Shown: positions 1 to 11,086 of the stretch, in pieces | How the letters are laid out: the number at the start of each line of letters is the position of its first letter | How positions within the stretch are numbered: position 1 is the stretch's first letter | From: Chrysomallon squamiferum | Taxonomy: Eukaryota; Animalia; Mollusca | Direction: 5' to 3' | Length of the DNA stretch: 64,000 bases | NCBI GenBank assembly: GCA_012295275.1 | Contig: CM022665.1 | Coordinates: forward strand, 36,518,001 to 36,582,000 | Notes under the pieces: generated by a model | The model's input: the letters and a program-made list of their open reading frames with translations, nothing else | Database searches by the model: none | What the model was told of the DNA's origin: nothing | Made by a program: the position numbers and the translations under genes

Positions 1-1114
1 AAACAGAAGTACATCTTACAAAACAAGTATCATCTAAACAAATCTGTACGGACCTAGAGAAAGAAAGAAAGAAAGAAAAAACAAACAAAAAACAACAGAA
101 TCTCGACGAGCTCCATAACAGATGACATTTTTTCAAGACATTTTTGAAAGGAGAATGTAAATAAAAATATACATATACCATTTTGAACATTGTCAAGGTA
201 TTTGATTATTCTGTGTTAAAAAATTAACAACAGACAGACATACTAGTTGACGAGGTCATTTTTCTAAGTTAACGTTGTACCAAAAATCTGCCGTTACATT
301 TTTTGATGCCCAAAGGTCCTTTTAATAGTAATCTAAATAACTACAAACACGATGAACTCAGTAATAAAGTATCATTCTTTATTCTCGCAGTGCAAATACC
401 AAGTTAATATATGATCCATGCCTATTTTAAAGATGGCCGTCATATAATCAGGAAAGCAGTCACTAACATATATCAAATGTTTGTCTCCTTGTCTTTCAAT
501 TCATATTTGAAGGTAAAGTAAAACTTTTTGTGGCACCAAATGTTTCGTAAATTCTAGTGGGATTACACTACTGTTCAATAACTGTAAACTTTTCTTTACT
601 TTTTTGTTTTCATTATTATCATTATTTTTGTTGTATAGAGCCAAAAAATATCACAAATTCAAAATAGCCAAACTGGTGTAAAAGCTTATTCTACTGTTGG
701 CTTCCGTTTGTAATTTGACTAATAAGTAAATAAATATAAACTGAAGGCTGCAGAATTTGTTTTTAGTTTGTTTGTTTGTTTGTTTGTTTGTTTTTTTAAC
801 TTTAAACTTTGTAAACAGTATTGATATATGACTAAGTGCTACTAGTATGAACATCTTTACAACAATTCCGATCTGTTCCAGGATACCCTTTTAGACTGGA
901 AAAACATTTAAAAATAAATGAAAATAGATCATGTATTAAATTTGTTATATCGTTAACACATTCGTGTGTGTGAATTTCAAATTTATTAATGCGTTCCCAA
1001 ACCCAAACTTCAATCATCCGTGAATACAATTAAAATAAAAAATTTCAAATTAAACTTACTTGTCTTCAGAAGTCATATCCAATATATGATGTTGTTTACA
1101 AGTATCAGTGGTTC
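1..1114 (-). CDS. Putative 5' coding exons of an unidentified minus-strand gene running off the left edge (exons 1114-1060 and 53-<=1)
   Basis: Minus strand reads ttctttcag|exon 1114-1060|gtaagt, then a strong pyrimidine tract ttctttctttctctag|exon from 53. The spliced frame stays open to the window edge: MTSEDKSVQICLDDTCFVRCTSV. Too short to identify. Confidence 0.4.
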
Positions 1115-1248
1115 CTGAAAGAAGAACAAATGCTAATTAAATTGTTAATAATGGTAATAATTCGTACCTCAAAAATATGATTACTTTTTATAAATTCAAA
1201 GTAACTCACTCATGAAATCCAGCATACGTTTCAACATCTGGGTGTAAT

Positions 1249-1323
1249 AATATTACGTCACTCTGACGTAATATTTTACGTCATTATGATGTAGAGGTGA
1301 CACAAATGACAAAAATGACGTCA
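1249..1323. promoter_or_regulatory. Cluster of CRE/ATF-type ACGTCA sites including a perfect 12-bp inverted repeat
   Basis: AATATTACGTCA-CTC-TGACGTAATATT (1249-1275), a further TTACGTCA near 1277 and TGACGTCA near 1316. Confidence 0.35.
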
Positions 1324-1607
1324 AACATTACTAGATTGCACATAAAATAGAAACAAATTAAACCAGAGAATGTTAAAACAATTAATGAATATGTAAATAT
1401 GATACAATAAAAAAAAAATTAAAAAAAAAATATTTGTCGGTTTGCCGTTCGTTTTGCTTTTGTCCGTTTTATCTAGCGCCAAACAACTCCACGTAACAAT
1501 GATGTCTTAAACTTTATAAGCAGGCTAAATTCAAACTTCGCCCATGTTCACCTATGTTCCGGGATCACAATTCAGGAGGGCGATTATTTTGTTTGTTTGT
1601 TGTTATT

Positions 1608-1645
<38 letters not shown>

Positions 1646-4300
1646 CTTGCAGGATGCTGAATAAAGCTTGGAATATGAATGACATCATTAGTTATTTAGA
1701 TTACTATTTAATGTTATTTACTGGGTTACATATACAACAGAATAAGAAAAAAATAAAAATAAAGCACCATCCAAACAAGCCACCAATAAAAATTGATGGC
1801 AAGGGTCTCCCACTCCTTTGATATTCATCAAAGAAGTCATTAAATAATAATAATAATGTAAAGCATTCATAAAATGTTATACCACAGTATTGAAGTCACA
1901 AACAATCGGCAATCTGCTGCCTCTTCATCCAGTTCAGAACTAGAACATGTCATTAACTGTCTACAACATTTTAGTAAATACCATGACTGATCGAAATCCA
2001 CAAAGTGTTTTGTTATGTCTCTTTGGTATTATATACAAGGTGGATTTGTTTTCAGTGCTGTTGTAACATCTAATAAGCTTCGCTATCTTTTTTCAATCAG
2101 CGGACCAAAGTCTCAAGAAAATCAAGTTGCTGAGGAACGCGATTCCTTCGGTGGCTGGCGGGTCCAAGGAAAAACCAAACTTTTCTATTCACTGAAAATG
2201 GAACCGAGATGCGATTCTACAGTCTTTTGTCATTACATTCTAGGATCAAACTGAATCTCCTGAACTACTGTGTAACGTTTAGAGACAAATCTAATCGCCT
2301 TTAAGTAATCAGCGATAGTAGATTAACAACACCACCATTTTTTGGAAACTGATGATTTTGGTTGTTATTGCTTTTCTTTCTTTCTTTTTTTTCTATAAAA
2401 TTATTATTGTTGTTGTTAACAGGGAGACCGTTTTAAGCGCCGGAAAACACTGGCAGCGCCCTTTAACAAAATCTTTAAGAAACGGATATTCTTTTTATCT
2501 TTTCAGCCAAAATATATAAATAAATAAATAACGTTTTAAAATATATAATTAGCGAACCGACTTGGTTTGTGGGTGTTTGGGAGGCTCTACATCCGGCGTT
2601 AGGCTGGACACTCCTGTTTCATAGCACTAAGACCTCTGCCGGGACGTTAACTTTTTTCTTTTTTCTTTCAAAGGAGGCGTAAATTTCACACTATAGCTAA
2701 AGCATTGGAAACTGAACACTATATCAACCGTTAAATTACGCAGAAAGTTGAATCACTGAAATCGACGGCATCATAAAATACCTAGGTTTAAGATAGAGAA
2801 AGGAAAAATAAAATTAAAAAAATCATATTGCAGTTTGAATTCAGTATAGCTGAATTGATAATCTGTTTGTTATATTTTCACTATGGTTACAATTATTATT
2901 TTAAATAAAATAAAATAAAACAAAATACAAATGAAGCGCTTATTCATATACGTGGAAAATGATGTATCTAGAAATAAACACTAGAGGGTGGTCACCCTCT
3001 CAGCCGGCACTTTCTCTATTTTCTTCCCACCTACGACTTTTTTTTCCTTTTCTTTTTTTCACAAATAACATTGTTTGTTTGCCCAACCCTTTACTGAAAA
3101 CCTGGATTTGCCACATTATTAATGTCATCTATGTGTGCATGTAATTTTAAATAAATAAATAAATAAATGAACAACATAACTAATTAAAATGATAAATTTT
3201 AGAAAAGAAAAACGTAAAACAATAGAAGACCTATATTCGTCTGCGGCAGACATGCCGACTTATGACGTCATTATTTAACGCTATGAAGGCTAATAAAAAA
3301 TGTCTATGATCGCTGTAGTAAGTTAAACTAATAGAAAAAACTATATATATATATAATACCAGTGATGTTATTTACTATTACTTTACCTGTATAACATATT
3401 TTGGTAATTACTGGATGAAAAATGTAGTTGATTAACTGATTTTACATTAATTTTAGTCCCAGTAACGAACTACAAAACTTATGGAAATAGTTGGGCCTTA
3501 AGTTGTGCCTAAATAGCATGGTATCTAAACATAAAAAAGAACAGAAATTGTATAATTTTGAGTATCAATAACATCAGTTTTCACTGGGCAAAATCAACGT
3601 CGAAATCTTACCCACAATTCTTAAAACATCCTTGAAACAGCGTGGGTAAATGCAAGCCCAATTGCAAATGGCGGATAAATATTATATCCCAGAGTGCCTT
3701 GCGTTTCATCGCCCCCTATCTTTTCCTAAGGGCCATTACTCTTACAATTCATTTCTAGTCCTATGAAATCGTTTTACTAATAATCTCATTTGAAAAGTAC
3801 TTATACGCGGTTTAATTTATATTATTATTATTATTATTTTAAGCTGCGATATTATATCATTATCTTACTGAATTTTAACAATAAGAATCAACAAAAAACA
3901 TTAAAGTTTTTAAGTGAAAACCAGTTACATGGCAACTCTTCTAATCGAACCGACTTCACGACTAAACAGGTCAGTTCATTGGCTGTGCTACGCTAAAAAT
4001 AGAATCGACCTCATGTCGCGCACGTGATCAGGCCAAGCGGATTTATCAACAGCAGAAAAAAAAGGCGTTTTGCTTTGACGCATTGTGTTCGCGAGACGTT
4101 TATTTTTATTATTATTATTTTGTTTTCATTGTTGTCGTTTTTATTTTTGGAATTTTTGTTTTCGAATAGAATATATTTTCCGATTACACATAACATACTG
4201 GGTATTATCTGAACATTGACTACAATCAATAAAACAAAGTGTAGCTTACACATGTGTAAACCAGGAAGTTTTTAATGTTGCCAGTTAAAGATTGTTTTCT

Positions 4301-4436
<136 letters not shown>

Positions 4437-5125
4437 AAACTTGTGCATAATCTAAGGCTAAATGTAATTAATTATCGTATACAAATTACATTTATTGGCA
4501 TATCATTATGTATGGTTTACTTTTTTTTAAATTTTGTACATGCATGCTTAATAAAGCGCACCCCCAATAAATAAAAATAAATAAATAAATAAAAAGAATA
4601 AATATATAAAAACAAAATCAAATATGAATGTACATGTCGGTCTGGCTTGCTATTACAGTTTGTTATTGATACCAGAAAATTTCAGTTATCAGTCGAGTGC
4701 GGTTCGTGGATGAATGAACTCTACAATAAGATAAATGGATAAATGCAAATGCAGTGGAAATATCTTTATCCTAAACAACATAACAACAATAACATACAAC
4801 ACTAAGAAAAAAAAAATAACAAGAGTAAAAATAATAAAATGTTTTTAAACAGACATTAGCGAAATAAAATAGATAAAGAAAATAAATAAAATAAAATATC
4901 CCCATCCCCATGAGGTAAACTTTCATATTCTACGTAGATTTAAGAACTTTTTCAATTAACTAATACTCTAATACTACTTTATAATATAACATGTTAAATA
5001 AGAACATATTACTATAATATTTATGTGCATTTTAATTACAGAATTTTAAGCAAGAATAATAACAATGTTTCATGGCCGATGTATATTTAGTTGTAAATGT
5101 TTGTAAATGACGTCAGCGAGCAGAG

Positions 5126-5495
5126 CATGACGTATCTCGTGGCCATGCACCATAGAAACCATACACTATCATGACCATATAATGATATAAATCACATGAT
5201 CACGTGGCAACGCATCATTTATATTATGTATTGAAGCTATGACATCAGTGATGAAGGTATCCTTCCATTACATTTTATTACACATCCCATTTGTTACATA
5301 TCTTTTAAGACATGACGTATCTCGTGGCCATGCACCATAGAAACCATACACTATCATGACCTAATAATGATATAAATCACATGATCACGTGGCAGTACAT
5401 CATTTATATTATGTATTGAAGCTATGACATCAGTGATGAAAGTATCCTTGCATTACATTTTATTACACATCCCATTTGTTACACATCTTTTAAGA
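5126..5495. repeat. Tandem duplication of a 185-bp unit (5126-5310, 5311-5495)
   Basis: Both copies run from catgacgtatctcgtggccatgcacc to tcttttaaga and differ by only a few substitutions. Confidence 0.9.
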
Positions 5496-5654
5496 ACACA
5501 GATCATGACTGAGTGAGCCGCCTATCATATGCCTTCAACCTAGCATGCAATAATGGACTCATCTTCCCAGTTGTTGCACAGAGAGCGTAGGGAATAATTA
5601 AGCAGATTCTTATATATATATATTATAGTACAGTTAGTACGTATGAACGATACA

Positions 5655-6361
5655 GGTTAAGATCCCATTGTGCCTACATCCCACTCTGCCTACACTGGGT
5701 CTGTAGGCAGATTGGGACGTTAAAGTGCACCCCCACAGTATAGTGAGCGATGACGCCATATTTCAGCTACTACTCTGGAACCAGTGGGCAAACCACCAAC
5801 AATCCTGAAGGGTTTGACAACAAGTTAAAGAACCGGATCCGAAAAGTCCATCCCAACCAGTCTGAGTTCGTCACACACATAAAGAAAGTCAAGCTACAGA
5901 ATAGTGCAAGAATAGTTCAAGTCAACCTTGGGGCCACCAAAGAGAAGACGGATCTGCAGGGAACTGGATGAGAACCTTGTCCGTCTCAAAGATCACCTAA
6001 TGACCGGCAGGAAAATCGCAATGTGCTTGGATGCCGTTGTATATTTTATCAGGCTAAACTGAAATAGTGTGAACACTGATATGTGGGAACTGTGTGAACT
6101 GCTATGAACATTGAACATAATATAATCAACTAACCTGTGAAAACTGAAAAAGTGAAATAAAATAAAACAAAGAAATGTACAGAACGTGTTTGCTTCTGTT
6201 TTGTTGACCAGTCTTCAATAATGGACCAGACTATTACATATAGGCAGGTGATACAGGTAGAACGTCATAATCACTCAAGCAATTAATCCCCAATTAAGGA
6301 CCCTAATTATGTTGTTATAAGCTGTAGGCAAAATGGGATGTAGGCACAATGGTACCAATCC
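5655..6361 (+). mobile_element. Non-autonomous Mutator-like (MULE) derivative with TIRs and a transposase C-terminal remnant
   Basis: Left atcccattgtgcctacatcccactctgcctaca is inverted at right as tgtaggcaaaatgggatgtaggcacaatggtac. Internal ORF 5750-5971 (TTNNPEGFDNKLKNRIRKVHPNQSEFVTHIKK) resembles the MULE C-terminal RTNNxxEGWHNRLNxxxxxxHPNI motif. No clear TSD. Confidence 0.65.
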
Positions 6362-7499
6362 ATATAACCAATGGGACATGTAACAAATGGGAGACAACCG
6401 CGATGAATGTTGAAAGAACTAATCTCATTAAAAATTTCTAGGAACGCAACTCAAAACAATCCACGTGGATGTTTCTGTGTAGTCTATGCAGTATGTTTTA
6501 TACTTGGAGAAACGTATAGAAAAAAATAAAAAACCAGTAGAAAAATGGATGCTGTATTAAATTCATTGCTTAATAAGACTAATTATAAATTGTCAGTATT
6601 TCACATTGTCCATGAACTTCGCTAATTTCAATCGACAAAATTAATGTTATCAGACAGAGGTCTTGGATTTATTTAAATATTTTACTTTGCCAAACATCGG
6701 CAATTTGATTAATATCCTAGAAGCAGAAACTGAACAAAGGCTGACGAGTCCGACCGCCTTCCTTTAACGTTAGGTTTTACAAAATTCAAGAAATGCGGCG
6801 TTTGCACTAAAGTTATGACTAGACGCATGACTAGTCCTCGACTGTGCTTTTACGTAATTTTTCCCGATATGTGCTAGAATGTCTATTTAAAAAGTGCTTT
6901 GTTGATAAATCTTTGATTCTCACTGGCATGGAGTGGCCGCTTCAGGTTACTTTCATCATCATCATAATCATTAGTAGTAACAGTCATATTAAATATACCA
7001 TAAAACTAGTATACAAATACTGTGAATTTAATTTACGAACTTTCTATCTTATGAATAGTGTACAAATAATATTAATTATAAAAGATGATGATGACGATGA
7101 TGATCATGATAATAATAAACATGTTTATCGATGATTGGTTCATATTCATAACCTACAACATTATTATCCACTTTTCACAAATAAATAAATAAAACAGAAT
7201 AAATAATCATGTTTATATGTAGCTTGTTGTTGTTGTCTTGAGACTGATCTTAAGTGAACTAAAAAACAAAACAAGTCGTTTATAAAATCATAAGAATAAC
7301 AGGTACGTTCAAAACAAGACCAGAAACTGATAAAGCCTATTCGACACTTCTAAAACTGTTAGTTCAGTTTTCTATCATATCTGTAATCATTTCATGTAAT
7401 CGATTTGTTAACAACAGACTGCTGTTGCTCTGTATCTACAAAAAATAATATCAGCTATTACGTCATAAAGAACTGGAAAATACGTCATAGTAACGAGAT

Positions 7500-7710
7500 T
7501 CAATTTTTGTTTCCCAAGTGAAAGAGAACTGTCGAGTGTTATTTTTTAAATATACTGTTATTGGAAGTCGTTAGCATGTACATGTATCCAGAACTATAAA
7601 ATACGTCTAGGTGAGATTTCTCTTAGAAATGTTAATTTAATTAAACTATTTCTTTTTCTTTTTTCTTTTTTTATTTCTGTGTTTGTTTATGTTTGTATAT
7701 TAGTATTAAC

Positions 7711-7747
<37 letters not shown>

Positions 7748-8124
7748 CTGCTTTCATTTATGAAATTGCACATTTTAAGCAGTTAAGACAAAATAAATAA
7801 CGAATGCAGTAGTAACTATTATTATTATTATTTAACAGCAGCAGGAATAGCAACAAAATAACTAGTAGCGAAAATCGTGTTCGTAACAAAAGGAGCTGTG
7901 TTGTCATAGAAGAAATAAATTTAGTAAACAAAGTCTACTATTCATCTCATGAGCATTAGATTTAAGTGAAACTCCGAACACTCATTAATAAAATGTATTT
8001 TTAAAATATACTTTCAGGAGCAGCTGACACTTATATGTATGTACATATAAAGGACACTAAAAAGAAAACATCTTCTTTAAGTTTATAACTGAATGGCAAT
8101 AATTATCTTGAAAACAGACTTCTG
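7500..8124 (+). other. Candidate non-coding 5' UTR exons of the 1541-aa gene (exon ending 7610; exon 8018-8124)
   Basis: Donor ctag|gtgaga at 7611; acceptor ctttcag|8018; donor ctg|gtaaga at 8125; TACGTCA motifs near 7458 and 7481. All three frames of exon 8018-8124 are closed. The start of the first exon is approximate. Confidence 0.3.
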
Positions 8125-8369
8125 GTAAGAGTGCATTAAAAAAATGCACTCTTACAAGACTTATGACAAACAAAACAATAATAATAATTTTATAAAATGC
8201 ATAAAATAAAATTACTTTGATCCTTGTAATACGTGTTATAAATTATGATAATTAATTTGCTGAATAGAAAAGTACCGAACGTTTGTTTCGAAACCTTGTG
8301 GTTTTATTATCACTAAACTTGACTTACATGGAAGGGAATTAATCGCTATTTTACACACTTGAGTTATAA

Positions 8370-8402
<33 letters not shown>

Positions 8403-10331
8403 AAATAAGAGTTATGGAAGAAGGAAAAACAACAAAAAGAGCATTTGAAATAATAATAATAATTATAATAATGGTAAATTATGTCTGAAAGCTGAAAAAT
8501 AAAACCAATTAATTGATTAAACAAAAACATTTTGATAATAATATTACATCTAGAATTATACTTCAGTCACACCATCTTTTAATTATTACATATTTTGTTG
8601 CTGTTGCTGGAATGATTAATTATATATATTTATTTAATTTTATTACTATTGGTCAGTTGTTAAGCAGGCCTATTTTCTGATTTTGTTTTCTTCTTTCTGT
8701 CTTTCTTTTTTTAAACTCATTTTTAAAAGTTGTTACGAAAATTAATATTTTGCCATTTTGCCGTTTTCCTATTACTGCTACTACTACTACTACTACAATA
8801 ATAGTAGTAGTAGTAGTAGTAGTAGAAGTAGTAAAAACAAATTAAAAATAAAACAAAACAAAATAAAAACGAATGTTGATACTTTTAGTGTTATAATGAA
8901 ACTCAGGAGCTCTTGGCAGCTATATTCAACACAGTTGTTCAGTCCGCCCTTGAACCATCTAAAACAACACCACGATATTAACTATACTTAAAAGATTAAC
9001 AAATGCAGCAAGAACATGAGCAGCAGCAGTAACAACAACAACCATTTATTTTTATTTTGTTTGTTTGTTTGTTTGTGTGTTTGTTCATTTACTATTACTA
9101 CTATCAAAATATAGCTTAACAGATATCCTATTTGATTCGGGAAGAAATTTCGAAGAAAACAAATATATAAAAAAAATCAATAATGTATTTATTGATATTA
9201 TTATTATTATTATTATTATTAAAACATATATATGAACTCGAAGGCTTATAGCTATCTATATGTTTGTATATTATGCTATACACTGACTAATAATCAATAA
9301 AGAGGTCGATTACATACATATCATAGTTATTTTGGTATATAACGTTATTAATTAATTTATACATTTATACTGTAGAGAATTAAAATCTAGGTTAGAAATA
9401 TTATTAACTATTATTACATAGGCAAACAGTATTAATAATTATTTGTTTTAGCTTTCGAGGTCAAGTGAAGTCGGTGATAATCCAAAACTATTTATTTCCG
9501 GGATTCATCGACAGCATATGACAACGCATTTCTCATATAAATATCGGCTGAATTTTACTTGTATTTGTTTATTACAATTGTCAGTTTAAATCGGATGTTT
9601 TCTGTTGAAAACGTTATATCTAAAACACTGACAAAGTTTACTAGAGCTTTTTTTATGACAAAATGAAGTCTCGACTCTCTACCGCGAGAAATTTATTGTC
9701 GCGTGTCAATGTTGCCTGCGATGCTATTTTTAGATCACACGCGATTGACCTTATTTCTAAACTTGCTTGCTTTTGTTACAGCTGAATTTTGTCTGTAAAC
9801 TGGATGAAATTATAACATTGACTTTTTTTTTTATCTATGTAAATATAATCGATTTCTTAAATTAATAAAATAAAATAAAAATATTTTAATGTATACACGA
9901 GTATCTTCGCATAAAATTAAATGTACTTTCCCCTGATTTTTCATACATATCCGTTTGAGAATTCTGGGATATTCTGCCCACCATTTGCAAAATATTTGAT
10001 AAGACATTAATAAGCAATGTGTTACCATTACTAAGCAATGTCACAGCTAAGTCGGTAAGGCATTTCAGATTATTTTGACTGAAGCCTAGCCAAAATAAGA
10101 ATGACAAAAAATGTCAGAAAAATCGTCGTGATTTGCTTATCTGTATGACTAACTATTATTTATACTCACGTCAAAAATCTCGATTAGGCTTTCTCTACAC
10201 TTTCATTTAATGAAGTATAATAACTTTCAGAATATAATGTACTTGATTTTATATATTACTTTACGTTAGCAAGAACGATTTGATTTTAGCATTATATTAT
10301 TATTTTTATTATTATTATTTGATGATGGATC

Positions 10332-10390
<59 letters not shown>

Positions 10391-11086
10391 TATATCATTC
10401 TTGTCTGCCAATGTGGATGAGAGGTGCATTGTTATTATTTGGTGTTTATCATATATAAAAAAAAAAAAAAAATAAAAGATGTCTTATCATTTCTTCATTT
10501 TTTTTTTTTTTTAAATTTAAATTTTTAATTTTTAATTTAATTTTATTTATTATTATTATTATTATTTTTCTTTATTTTTATTATTATTATTTTTTTTTTT
10601 TTGTTGTTGTTGTTGTTGTTGTTGTTCACGTCCAACTGCCAAAATATTCAAAGCTGATTATTTCTGGGAAATCAGTTAAATGAAATATTAGTGGCTAATC
10701 TTGTTACCAAACCTTTTATTTTTGTAAATAATATAGTTTGTGAAACAGAAAGAATGAAAGAAATATATATACATGAGGGGGAAAAAGAACTAAAATCAAG
10801 CTGGCAAGCATTCTGTTTTTTTTGTTTTTTTAATTATTTTGCGAGACTGTCCACTAAATCCAGTAAGTATGACGTCATAACCTCGATGCTGTTTATGCAT
10901 CTTAACACTAATCAAATGGTAATAGTAAACAAGAACTAAAAACTGAAAAAGATTTAAAAACATTTTCTTAGTAATTAATTCATTAATATTTATTTAACAG
11001 TTATTTGTTTTGAAGCACTAATCATTTGTTTACTAGTTTTCAGATTTCCCGTTTTATGGGAACGTCAAACGACCAGCTGAAAAAAA

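Noticed and set aside
1900-2651. Possible transposase relic (1900-2345) and SINE-like tail ending gggacgttaac (2550-2651)
   Set aside because: Composition is suggestive, but I could not recover convincing motifs or termini.
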